Part shown: piece by piece, positions 8,102-16,579 of the stretch
Position numbering within the stretch: the first letter of the stretch is position 1
Layout: the number at the start of each line of letters is the position of its first letter
Program-made: the position numbers and the translations under genes
Notes under the pieces: model-generated
Told to the model about the DNA's origin: nothing
The model's database searches: none
What the model saw: only the letters and a program-made list of their open reading frames with translations
Source of the DNA: a virus
Taxonomy: Duplodnaviria; Caudoviricetes
Virus record (IMG/VR): IMGVR_UViG_3300024309_000100
Location: 1 to 32,687 of that record
Reading direction: 5' to 3' (one strand)
DNA: 32,687 bases

Positions 8102-10305
8102 GGGCCGCGCCTCACATCACGCTCGGCCGCGCGGCCGATTTCCGCGTGCAGCCACGGGGTGTCGCTGGTGACCTTTACCTCAATGGGCTTGTCCAGGACA
8201 CGCTCCAGGCGCCGCCCGGCATCATCCAGCAGTTGCGCCGCCCGCTGGCTCTGTGCGGCTGCCTGGGCGGCGTGCGCGCCATCCGGCAGCGCCGGTGCGG
8301 CCGTCTTCACCCGCGTCAGCGCATCGCGCATGGCGGCCTCGCGCTGGGACAGGCTCAGCCCGCCCGGCACCTGGCTCAACGCCTGCTGGTATTGCTCCGG
8401 CGTCACGCCCAGGCGGTCGAGCATGGCTTGGTTGCCGCGGTTGGCGCGGCCCAGCACGCGGCGCAATGGACGGCGTGACCGGCTGGCCACATCCGCCTGC
8501 AGCGTCGGATCGTTCATCCCGTTTCGCAGCGTGCCGGCGTAACGCGACAGCGGCAGAGCAGCCAGTGCAGCCGGCGCAGAAACTCTCAGTGCGAACCCCT
8601 GCAACCAGGTACGCACACCGGCCATGATCGGCTTGCCCTTGCCGCCTGCTGCCGCCGGCAACGGCGCACCACCTGCTCCCTGCGGTGCCCCTGACCAGTT
8701 GGTGACATACACCGGCATGACGCCGGTGGCGTCCTGCAGCGTGCGGCCGACCGCAATGTTCTTCACCGTGTCCAGGCCGCCGTTGACCAGGCTTCCCAGC
8801 TTGCCCAGCGCCGCGCCGCCGGCACGTTGGGTGTAATGCGCAGCGATACCGGTGCCGGCGGCCAGGCCGATCAGTTGGCCACCTGACAGGTTCAGATCAT
8901 CCAGCAGATAGTCGCCGGCGCCGGCCATCGCCTTGTTGATCGGCTGCGCCATGCGATCCATCGTTTCGCGCAGTGTGTTGCGCACGCGGCCGGCAACCGC
9001 GGTGGCACTCTGGCGATTCTCGGCCAGGTCCGATGCCGCAACGCCGCCGGCATTGCCGATGGACTGCTGGATGCTGCGGAAGTCGTCAAGGGCACCACCG
9101 GTCAACAGGAACTGCACGCCTTTCTGCGTATCCAGGTCGGCCTTGCCAAAGGCCCTTGAAATGAACTCCATGCGCTGCCGATCGGTCGTCAGCGCCTCGT
9201 ACTTGGTCTTCATCTCGCCCAGCACGTCGAGCATGTCGCGGCGCGTGCCGTCCTTGTCAAAGAAGCGCACGCCGGTGGCCTTGGCAGCACCGACCATGTA
9301 GTTACGATTGGTGAACAGCCGCGTGGTCGATTCAGCCAGCGTGGCCAGGCGCTCGGGTTGGGCTTCCAGTTTGGACAGGGTTTCAACCATCGCCAGCGAT
9401 TGGTCGAAGCCCATGCCCCCGCGTTGGGCCGCCGGCCCGACGCGCGCGAAGATATCGGCCAGGTTCTCCAGCTCGGCATTGCCGGCCCGGCCGGCGACGA
9501 TCATCTTCTCCAGAATCTCCAGCGCCTGGCCGGGCTTGCTCAGGTCGAACTGGTAGGCATTGGCACCGGTCAGCAATCCCCTGGCCAATACGCTGGAATC
9601 GGCGCCGGTGATCGTGGTGCCGGTGTCGATGGCCCCGATGGTCTCACTGGAGGCCTGGTAGGACAGGCCCGAGGCGATCAGCTGATCAAAGCCACCGGTC
9701 AACGAGTCCAGAGGATTGCCGTTGCGGCGAGCCATGTCCCAGAACTGCCGGCGCAAGCTCTCCTGGTCAGCCGCTGTCATCGAATCGCCGGCCGTCTGCC
9801 GGGTCCGTAGCAGGGTGCGGTCCAGCTTGGCACTGGCCGCGATTTCATGACCGACGACCAGGCCCATGCCCAGGCTGGCCAGCCGGCCTTGCATTGACCC
9901 CAGCGCGGATTTGATCCGGCCGATCTCCGAGATCGCCGTGCGCCCCATGATGCGGAATACACCGCCGCGGTCCGCAACGGATCGGAGCATGCGCTTGATC
10001 CGCTCGCCCAGCCGGTCGGCAGCGGCGCCCACGGCGTTCTGCTGGCGTACCCCCTCGGCCATGCCGTGCTTGATGGCTTCGCCGGCCGATCGGCCCACTT
10101 TCTTCAGCACCTCCATCGACGCGGTGCTTTGCGTGATGGAGGTGCGGATCGCCTTTGACTGCTCGGTCGCAGCACGCTTGACCTGCTCACCGGTAGCGCG
10201 GGCGGTCTTGCCCATCCCGCGCATTCCGGTTTGCGCTTCCTGGGCGGCCCGGCGGCCGCCCTTGGCATCGCCCCGGATCACCAGATTGACATTCATATCG
10301 GTCAT
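8098..10305 (-). CDS. Tail tape measure protein
   Basis: 735 aa, A/G-rich and helical; TP901-like core (AGRAGNAELENLA); PVYVTNW motif; position after the chaperone. Confidence 0.92.
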   Translation of the reverse strand: MTDMNVNLVIRGDAKGGRRAAQEAQTGMRGMGKTARATGEQVKRAATEQSKAIRTSITQSTASMEVLKKVGRSAGEAIKHGMAEGVRQQNAVGAAADRLGERIKRMLRSVADRGGVFRIMGRTAISEIGRIKSALGSMQGRLASLGMGLVVGHEIAASAKLDRTLLRTRQTAGDSMTAADQESLRRQFWDMARRNGNPLDSLTGGFDQLIASGLSYQASSETIGAIDTGTTITGADSSVLARGLLTGANAYQFDLSKPGQALEILEKMIVAGRAGNAELENLADIFARVGPAAQRGGMGFDQSLAMVETLSKLEAQPERLATLAESTTRLFTNRNYMVGAAKATGVRFFDKDGTRRDMLDVLGEMKTKYEALTTDRQRMEFISRAFGKADLDTQKGVQFLLTGGALDDFRSIQQSIGNAGGVAASDLAENRQSATAVAGRVRNTLRETMDRMAQPINKAMAGAGDYLLDDLNLSGGQLIGLAAGTGIAAHYTQRAGGAALGKLGSLVNGGLDTVKNIAVGRTLQDATGVMPVYVTNWSGAPQGAGGAPLPAAAGGKGKPIMAGVRTWLQGFALRVSAPAALAALPLSRYAGTLRNGMNDPTLQADVASRSRRPLRRVLGRANRGNQAMLDRLGVTPEQYQQALSQVPGGLSLSQREAAMRDALTRVKTAAPALPDGAHAAQAAAQSQRAAQLLDDAGRRLERVLDKPIEVKVTSDTPWLHAEIGRAAERDVRRGP

Positions 10306-10514
10306 GCGGGATGGCCTTTTAGCCGACGCCTCTTGCGGCCGGTGCTGATGTAACGTTTCCCGCGCTTACTGGAAGCGGGGTTGAACAGTGCGACGCGGGC
10401 ATCCACCTCCGCCCGCGTCATGCCTCTTATTTCGTCGAGGCGATAGCCGTGCCGGACGAGGGCGTTTTCGATGGCTCGCCAATCTGCGACGGACCGCTCG
10501 CCGGCTTCAGCTTT
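10302..10514 (-). CDS. -1 frameshift extension of the tail assembly chaperone (gpGT-like, about 173 aa total)
   Basis: A-AAA-AAG at 10517-10511; the -1 frame stays open (HGYRLDEIRGMTRAE) to a TGA overlapping the tape measure ATG. Confidence 0.82.
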   Translation of the reverse strand, partial: KAEAGERSVADWRAIENALVRHGYRLDEIRGMTRAEVDARVALFNPASSKRGKRYISTGRKRRRLKGHPA

Positions 10515-10822
10515 TTTGTGAGCTTCGTGTCCTCCTCTTCCAACACCTCGATATCGATGTCGGTCATCTCCGCTTCCAGCAGCGACAGCGTCAGTGCTTC
10601 AGCCGGGATTTCCCCCAGCTTCAGCAGCTGCCTGCGGAACAGTTCCAGGGCGATCTTTCGCACCGGCACATTCGGATACTCGGTCTGGGCACCGATCAGA
10701 TCGCCGACAAGCGATACCCGCAGCACGAACTCCTTGTGCCGCTGGCCGGCGTAATGCACGCCGATGGGCAGGGTGCCGCTGGCCGTCAGGCCATCCCACT
10801 TTCCATGCGAGTTACTCGACAT
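10427..10822 (-). CDS. Tail assembly chaperone (Mu gp41-like)
   Basis: Lies between tube and tape measure; contains the slippery heptamer. Confidence 0.85.
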   Translation of the reverse strand: MSSNSHGKWDGLTASGTLPIGVHYAGQRHKEFVLRVSLVGDLIGAQTEYPNVPVRKIALELFRRQLLKLGEIPAEALTLSLLEAEMTDIDIEVLEEEDTKLTKKLKPASGPSQIGEPSKTPSSGTAIASTK

Positions 10823-11183
10823 AGTGGTTCAGCGCTCCCAAGGTCAGATCGCGGGTGGCTTCATCCTCGGTGCCGTATTTGCTGCCGACCTCCACCAGCC
10901 AGACGCCGCTGTAGGTTTCGCGCTTGCCGCCACCATCCTGCGGTTCGATGGTCAGTTTGGCGTCGAGCATCGATTTCCAGTCCGGCTCGCCGGATTTCGG
11001 GATGGCGACCGTGCAGCGGAGCTCATGCTCCTCGATGCCCTTGGCATGGCCCAACACGCGGCCCTGCCGATTCATCGTTTTGACCCCCTTTCGATTGGTC
11101 TTGGTGGTGGGTTCAAACGACTTGACTTCGTATTCCGTGCCGTTGATTTCCAGCACGATCAGTCCGACGTAGATATCAGCCAT
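10812..11183 (-). CDS. Tail tube protein
   Basis: 123 aa beta-rich protein directly after the sheath; AAGGA SD. Confidence 0.8.
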   Translation of the reverse strand: MADIYVGLIVLEINGTEYEVKSFEPTTKTNRKGVKTMNRQGRVLGHAKGIEEHELRCTVAIPKSGEPDWKSMLDAKLTIEPQDGGGKRETYSGVWLVEVGSKYGTEDEATRDLTLGALNHYVE

Positions 11184-11192
11184 GACGGTTCC

Positions 11193-12296
11193 TTACAGCA
11201 GCAGGTCGATGCGGGCGGCGAACACATGCAGCCCGTTCACGACATCGGTGGGAATTTGGGCGCTGAGCCGGGTGGGGTCCTGCAGCGAGCGCTCGACAAT
11301 CAGCGAAGGGGCATTGGCGGCCACCTCTTCGACGATCTCCAGCTCCTCGCATTTCTTCAGCACGTCGAGCAGTTCGCTGCGCACTTTCGTGGCCGAGGCG
11401 ATGTTCAGCTTGTCGCGCGGGAAGCGCAGGCGAATGCGGTCCCGGCAAGCGCGGCGCACGTAATACAGCGTCCGCATCGTGGTCAGGTCGAGCAGCGCGA
11501 TATCCGGCGCCCCGGCCGCGTTCTTGGTGTACGTGCTGACCGCACGCACGATCTGCACGACTTCGCCGGGGCCGACTTCCAGCGGGGTAACACCGTTGGC
11601 CAGGGCCGTTTCCTGCTCGCCGCGCATCAGCCGCGCGGTAACGGGCGGCGGGGCGATGCCGGTGAGCGCAAGGGTGTTGAGCGGACGTGCCGGGTCTTCC
11701 TCGCTCGCGATCACAGCCGCATACGCGGCGGCGACCTCGGCCGCGGAGCTGGTGGTGCCGGGCAGCAGTGCGATGGTGATGGCGCCGCTGTTGATCACCC
11801 CGGCCAAGGTCGTGGCCTCGCTGAGCGTGCCGGTGCATGCGACCACGCCGATGCGGGATTTCTGATTGATCGAATCGGTGACCGTGTCGATGTGGGTGCG
11901 CAATGCCGTCAGCACGTCCTGGTCCATCCAGGCCGACACCACCAGCTCGTAATCCGCCGCCGCCAGCACATCCAGGGCGGGCTGGATATCCAGCGTGTCT
12001 TCTTCCTGCGGCGGCACCACACCGATCAGGGTCAGGTCGACGTAACGGTTGGCGGTCATCGCTGCGGTGGCCATCGCCTCCGCAACCGGGCCGAACAGCG
12101 CCGCGGCCCTCGCCGCGTCGAATACCTGCACCGGCGTAAGCGGCTCGGCCTTGTCCTGGCCATCGGCAGTGAGCGGCACGATCAAGCACAGCCGCTGGGT
12201 ATTGGTCGGCAGGGTCCGCACCGCCAGGGCAGTGTTGAACTCCATGTAGACCCCCGGCTTGCGGATACCGGCCGGGATGGTGTCGAACTGGATCAT
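11193..12296 (-). CDS. Tail sheath protein, Mu gpL
   Basis: FDTIP..IRKPGVY.EF, DPARPLNTL.L.GI, L.NGVTPL and DVVNGLHVFA motifs. Confidence 0.94.
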   Translation of the reverse strand: MIQFDTIPAGIRKPGVYMEFNTALAVRTLPTNTQRLCLIVPLTADGQDKAEPLTPVQVFDAARAAALFGPVAEAMATAAMTANRYVDLTLIGVVPPQEEDTLDIQPALDVLAAADYELVVSAWMDQDVLTALRTHIDTVTDSINQKSRIGVVACTGTLSEATTLAGVINSGAITIALLPGTTSSAAEVAAAYAAVIASEEDPARPLNTLALTGIAPPPVTARLMRGEQETALANGVTPLEVGPGEVVQIVRAVSTYTKNAAGAPDIALLDLTTMRTLYYVRRACRDRIRLRFPRDKLNIASATKVRSELLDVLKKCEELEIVEEVAANAPSLIVERSLQDPTRLSAQIPTDVVNGLHVFAARIDLLL

Positions 12297-12532
12297 TCTT
12301 TGGTCCCCTTGGTCTTGGTGGCGGCCGGCTTGGGGGCCGTGGATACGGCGTCAACCGGGGCGGGTTCGGTGGTGGTGGTCGACGGGCGGCCGGCGGCCTG
12401 CAGCTCGCCGCTGGCCAGACGGCGGCGGTAGTACGCCGTGCTGGGCACATCGGTGGGCTTGCTTTCGATGTATTGGCGCGGGTTGTCCTCGCGCGGGACT
12501 CTCAAACCGGGGGCGGCGATGACGGTGGGCAT
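12293..12532 (-). CDS. DUF2635 / Mu gp38-like protein
   Basis: APGLRVPRE and YYRRRLASGEL motifs; precedes the sheath. Confidence 0.85.
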   Translation of the reverse strand: MPTVIAAPGLRVPREDNPRQYIESKPTDVPSTAYYRRRLASGELQAAGRPSTTTTEPAPVDAVSTAPKPAATKTKGTKE

Positions 12533-12541
12533 GGCGCTCTC

Positions 12542-13105
12542 TCAGGTGGGGGTGATGCGGTCGACGGCATCGACGGCGTTGTCGTCGGGCTGCAGGTAGT
12601 AGTTCAGGTCAATGCCCTCAATCGGCGGGCCATCCAGCAACGTGGGAATCTCCCAGCTGCCGTCGACGTCGAACGACTGGCCCAGCACCGACAGGTAATC
12701 GCGCTGGGTTTTGCCATTGACCAGGTTGTTGAAGTCAGTGGGTTCCAACCGGCCGAAACCCGGCAGCGGGTCGAATCCGGCCAGTAAGCGGACGCTCTTG
12801 TCCCAGAGCGCATAGGAGCCGAGGCTGCCCTTCATGCCGTGGCGAGTGGCTTGCTCATCCCGCGCCTGGCGCACGGCGATCACCAGGCGGAGGCTGACCG
12901 TGACCGAATAACGGCGGTTGGACTTGCGCGTGAAGCGAGCCTTGGGGGCCGTGACCAGCACCGCGTGGCCCGCGCTGACTGCCTCGGCCAGCATGTCCGG
13001 GTCGCTCAGCTCGCCGCCGTAGCTTTTCAGCACCAGGCGGGGCACGGACGCCTTCAGCGCCGCCAGACGCTGGGTAATGCTGGCTTCCATTACGTCCAGC
13101 ATCAC
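12542..13105 (-). CDS. Mu gp37-like (DUF1834) tail completion/terminator protein
   Basis: SYGGEL motif, position after gp36. Confidence 0.75.
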   Translation of the reverse strand: MMLDVMEASITQRLAALKASVPRLVLKSYGGELSDPDMLAEAVSAGHAVLVTAPKARFTRKSNRRYSVTVSLRLVIAVRQARDEQATRHGMKGSLGSYALWDKSVRLLAGFDPLPGFGRLEPTDFNNLVNGKTQRDYLSVLGQSFDVDGSWEIPTLLDGPPIEGIDLNYYLQPDDNAVDAVDRITPT

Positions 13106-13593
13106 AGCCTCCGCAACGACCGGCGCGTAAAGATGCGCTGGTTGCTCTGCACCACCGGGCTACCACCGCTGCCGGCTTCGCCGTTGCCGCGCGCCGCATC
13201 CTCTTCCATCAGGGCTTTCAGGCGCCTGATGACGTCCTGGTAGCGCAGGCGCACGGTGCTGTCCTCGTTGCCGGCGCTGTCATACAGGTGATAGCGGGCG
13301 ATCTCCTGCAGGTCATCGGCCCACCAGGGCGGCATCGCCTCATCGCCGGCACGGAAGCGCAGGTAATACTGTGCTTCCGTGCTGGCGCGGGTGATGGCAT
13401 TGGTCAGGCGTGCCAGGGCGTATTCGGCCGACTGGCGTTCGTCTTCCGGCCAGTCGTCCAGGTCATCGCCACGCGCTGCCGCTTCCATCTGCCCGGCCGT
13501 GAGCGGCGGCATGTCGCGGGGGACCGCCACATCGGCGATCTCCTTGCCGCCGTAGCGCGTGACCAGGTCGATGGAAAGCGGCAGCGGCAGCAT
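13102..13593 (-). CDS. Mu gp36-like (DUF1320) head-tail adaptor
   Basis: DLV.RYG..EI, IARYHLY, RYQDVIRRL and RIFTRRSL motifs. Confidence 0.85.
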   Translation of the reverse strand: MLPLPLSIDLVTRYGGKEIADVAVPRDMPPLTAGQMEAAARGDDLDDWPEDERQSAEYALARLTNAITRASTEAQYYLRFRAGDEAMPPWWADDLQEIARYHLYDSAGNEDSTVRLRYQDVIRRLKALMEEDAARGNGEAGSGGSPVVQSNQRIFTRRSLRRL

Positions 13594-13844
13594 TACTTCG
13601 CGCCCGCCTTGGCAGCGGTCTTGGTCGGGGCCTTCTTGCCGCCCGCCTGCTCGCCGGCACCCTGGTCGTCCGACTCATCGGCCGCTGCCGGATTGGCGAG
13701 GTGCTGGACGATCAGGTTGGGCTCGGCCTCCAGCTGCGCCAGCTGCTTGTCGGAGAAATAGCCGTCCGGGTAGTCGCTGGGGCGGCTGCTATGCGCCACG
13801 CCAGCGCGGCGGAAGCCATCGATTTTGGAGGTGATGCGAATCAT
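13593..13844 (-). CDS. HI1506-related / Mu gp35-like protein
   Basis: IRITSK.DGFRRAGVAH and QL..LEAEPNL motifs; GAGGA SD. Confidence 0.85.
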   Translation of the reverse strand: MIRITSKIDGFRRAGVAHSSRPSDYPDGYFSDKQLAQLEAEPNLIVQHLANPAAADESDDQGAGEQAGGKKAPTKTAAKAGAK

Positions 13845-13858
13845 GGATTGTCCTCATG

Positions 13859-13885
13859 GACGCCGCAGGGGAAGCCTGCGGCGCC
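13859..13885 (-). promoter_or_regulatory. Hairpin downstream of the major capsid gene
   Basis: GGCGCCGCAGG-CTTCC-CCTGCGGCGTC, 11 bp with one G-U pair, no U tract. Confidence 0.55.
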
Positions 13886-13913
13886 GTTGGTTGAAATCAG
13901 GAAGTGGCTGGGC

Positions 13914-14825
13914 TCAGTCGAGCCAGCTCGGCGCCAGCACTTCGGCGGTGCCGGCCCATTCGTTGCCACCGTCCTTGTCCTTGACCACAATCGACCGGGC
14001 GGCGCCTTCCAGGGCGGACGGCACCACCAGCAGGCGCGGATTGATACCCAGCGGACGGCCACCGTCGCCCTTGAATGCCTTCATTGCGGCACGCGCGGCG
14101 GCATAGCTCTCCTTGGTCAGCGGCTGGCGGCTGGCATAGGCGAACTGCCAGAAGCCGAAACCGACATTCACGCGCGCATCGACGCCGTAGCGGTACTCGT
14201 CGCGCATGAACACCGCCTCGTCCTGGCCATTGGTCATGGCCTTGAGGTCGTAGTCACGGCGCTTCTGGAAGATCAGCGGCTTCAGCGCCCGGCTCACGTC
14301 CATCAAGTACCAGGTCGGCGCATCTTCATCGTCGGGGTCGCCGGCGTCGTAGTTGCTCACGCTGGTCGCCGCGCCGGTGCCATCGGTGTTGGCGTAGACC
14401 GGGTGATCGGTATCGAAGAAGTTCTGGCCGTCGTAGCACAGCGTGCTGACGCCGACTTTCAGCAGGTCGAAGATCAGTTCGTCCGGGTGCGCCTTCGATG
14501 CCCGGCCCATTTCCTCGAACAGCGCGCCGTAAATGCCGAGTTCGTCGTCCTCGATGTCATCCCTGGGCACTCCAACCGAGGATTCAAACTTCTTGTTGGT
14601 GATGCTGTAGCCGTGGGCCTTCATGGCCTTCAGGACACGGTCACCGATCCATTCGCGGAACTTCGGGAACTGGCCCAGCCACCCGTAGGTGTTGCTGCGG
14701 GAGGTGGACGGCACCAGCGTGGCAATCTTCTGCCAGTCGGTCGGCGTTGCGGCCTGGGCGTCCTGGAACTTGCGGTTGAACCCGGTGAACAGGGCCGTGA
14801 TCAGCTGCGGCGTGATGATGGCCAT
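13914..14825 (-). CDS. Major capsid protein, Mu gpT
   Basis: YGWLGQFP..REWIG, CYDGQNFFDTDHPV, KPLIFQ.R and GFGFWQ motifs. Confidence 0.97.
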   Translation of the reverse strand: MAIITPQLITALFTGFNRKFQDAQAATPTDWQKIATLVPSTSRSNTYGWLGQFPKFREWIGDRVLKAMKAHGYSITNKKFESSVGVPRDDIEDDELGIYGALFEEMGRASKAHPDELIFDLLKVGVSTLCYDGQNFFDTDHPVYANTDGTGAATSVSNYDAGDPDDEDAPTWYLMDVSRALKPLIFQKRRDYDLKAMTNGQDEAVFMRDEYRYGVDARVNVGFGFWQFAYASRQPLTKESYAAARAAMKAFKGDGGRPLGINPRLLVVPSALEGAARSIVVKDKDGGNEWAGTAEVLAPSWLD

Positions 14826-15322
14826 CAGCGGCCCTCCTTCTTGAAGGTGTCGACGGGGAGGCCCAGGGCATTGGCGACGTAGGTCTCCTCGGCATTGAGC
14901 GCGGTGGAGCGGTCAGCGGCGGCACCGGCCGGAGCGATGGCATCGGGGACGATGACCGGCGCGGCGGCGATGTAGTCGCGGAAGCGCTGCAGGCCCGCCG
15001 CATCACTGCAGCTGGCGCGGTGGTAATCGACCGTGGCCGGGCTGATCTTGCCGGCCTTCATCGCCGCCTCGATCTCGGCATTGACCGCCGTTTCGTGCTG
15101 GGCGCTGGTGAAATCGGCCAGTTTCTGCTCGGCATTGGCCGCGCGGGTGAGGACGGCATCGTGGTCGGCGCGGGGCACGAAACGATCCAGCGGCGGATGC
15201 TCGCTGTTCAGTGCGGTGGCCTTGACGGTGGTGATGGCAGCGGCGACGGCGTCATCGGAGGCTTCGGCGTTCAAGCCGAGCGCGCCCGTGATCGCCGCCG
15301 TCAATGCGGCGGAACGAACCAT
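14825..15322 (-). CDS. Scaffold protein Z from an internal in-frame start
   Basis: CAGGAG SD ahead of ATG 15322, right after the protease domain, as in Mu I/Z. Confidence 0.65.
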   Translation of the reverse strand: MVRSAALTAAITGALGLNAEASDDAVAAAITTVKATALNSEHPPLDRFVPRADHDAVLTRAANAEQKLADFTSAQHETAVNAEIEAAMKAGKISPATVDYHRASCSDAAGLQRFRDYIAAAPVIVPDAIAPAGAAADRSTALNAEETYVANALGLPVDTFKKEGR

Positions 15323-15802
15323 AGTGGTGGTCTCCTGCGGGGTGGTTTCGGAGTTGAGCGCCGGGAGGCGCAGGTTGGGGGTGTTGGTCAACGCGGCCGA
15401 CACCAGGCGCGCGATGCGGCCGGTGGCCGGGTCGTAGTCGAATACCGGCGAGAGATAGCGGTAGTTCTTGCCGACAACATCACTGGCACCCTGTGCGGTC
15501 CAGGTAACGCGCGCCCACAGCGCACCGGCCCGCTGCTCCAGCGCATGAATCCAGGCAGAGGCCGGCGACTGGCCACCTTGGGGCGCGGCCAGCTGCAGGG
15601 CGTGATTCCAGTCGATGGGCAGATCGACCCCACGGGCGATGAACGCATTGATGACTTCGACGGCGGCAGCGTCGTCGTAGATCCACGTGCGGCCATCACG
15701 GCCGGTGACCTCGGGGCCTGCGGGGATCATCTCGACCCATTCCGGCGGGGCGCCATCGGCGATGGCGGCGGACAGGTCAACATTGAGGGCGATACGGTGC
15801 AT
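14825..15802 (-). CDS. Prohead protease I with C-terminal scaffold Z
   Basis: GRDGR.W, PIDWNH, YRYLSPVF and ALTNTPNL motifs; start ATG 15802 (or 15811). Confidence 0.93.
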   Translation of the reverse strand: MHRIALNVDLSAAIADGAPPEWVEMIPAGPEVTGRDGRTWIYDDAAAVEVINAFIARGVDLPIDWNHALQLAAPQGGQSPASAWIHALEQRAGALWARVTWTAQGASDVVGKNYRYLSPVFDYDPATGRIARLVSAALTNTPNLRLPALNSETTPQETTTMVRSAALTAAITGALGLNAEASDDAVAAAITTVKATALNSEHPPLDRFVPRADHDAVLTRAANAEQKLADFTSAQHETAVNAEIEAAMKAGKISPATVDYHRASCSDAAGLQRFRDYIAAAPVIVPDAIAPAGAAADRSTALNAEETYVANALGLPVDTFKKEGR

Positions 15803-15809
15803 GGGGGCC

Positions 15810-15853
15810 ATGCTCACGGCTCGCCGGCCGGGCGATATTTCGCCGCGGCGTAA
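15810..15853 (-). promoter_or_regulatory. Putative Mor/C-activated late promoter (P_I)
   Basis: TTAC-N8-GAAATAT, 19 nt, GAGCAT; same geometry as the site at 24532-24575. Confidence 0.6.
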
Positions 15854-16052
15854 TCTGCGGATTCCTTTCGGATCGCAGCAGCGACGGTAGCGGCGGGGGC
15901 CGATGTTGCCAACCCCCAAGGGGAGTCACCCCCGCACACCCCGTTTGAAAGCCGTTTAAATCGCCCGCGAACGGCCAGACAGGGGGTGTCCGGTGCGGTG
16001 GCCGCGCCCCCGGCCCCTCCTGGGCCTTACAGGGGCCGTTCTGGCGGTCGGC

Positions 16053-16565
16053 CTATTCGCCGGCCAGGTAGTCGGCCAGCATCTCTAGAACGTCCTGCTC
16101 GTCCTGGCTGGAAAAGCCCAGGAATGGCCGGGCGGGCATGCCAGGATGATGCACCTCGGCGACGACACGGCGGCTCGTCGACGGGCCAAAGGCCAGCGCC
16201 TTGCCATTGCGCGGGCGAATGATCCGCGCCGGCAGGCCGAACTGCTGCGCCCTGGCATAGGGCACGTTGGTGCCGATCCGCACCTGGTTGCCCTCTACCT
16301 GGTAGCGAATGCTGTTCTGCAGGTGCAAGGATTCTCGAAGGGGGCCAGGGCCAACCTTCAGAGCAAGCGTGCTGGCGGCCAGTGGCACCCAAGGGGCGCC
16401 ATTGGGATCGACACCCTGGCCGAAACGGTCGAAGGTGCTGGCCTGCACGATCTCGCCGGTTTCCCCCAGGGCGTCGCGGAGATCGGCCAGGCGATGTTCC
16501 AGTTGCGCCAGGCGTTGCCCCACCTGCCCCCCGTCGATGACGACATCGATGCTCATGCCGGTCAT
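16053..16565 (-). CDS. Virion morphogenesis protein, Mu gpG
   Basis: F..G.DP.G..W.PL, IGTNVPYA..QQFG and MPARPFLG motifs; AGGAG SD. Confidence 0.92.
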   Translation of the reverse strand: MTGMSIDVVIDGGQVGQRLAQLEHRLADLRDALGETGEIVQASTFDRFGQGVDPNGAPWVPLAASTLALKVGPGPLRESLHLQNSIRYQVEGNQVRIGTNVPYARAQQFGLPARIIRPRNGKALAFGPSTSRRVVAEVHHPGMPARPFLGFSSQDEQDVLEMLADYLAGE

Positions 16566-16579
16566 GGCATACTGCTCCT

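Noticed and set aside
16030-16038. 9-nt identity (CAGGGGCCG) with the apical loop of the tRNA-like RNA, as an antisense target
   Set aside because: A GC-rich 9-mer that also occurs near 29630; expected by chance
15812-16052. Anti-CRISPR locus, which lies between G and I in D3112-like phages
   Set aside because: No credible ORF or aca-like HTH gene in the interval; the ORF-track extension of gene I to 15919 crosses the predicted promoter
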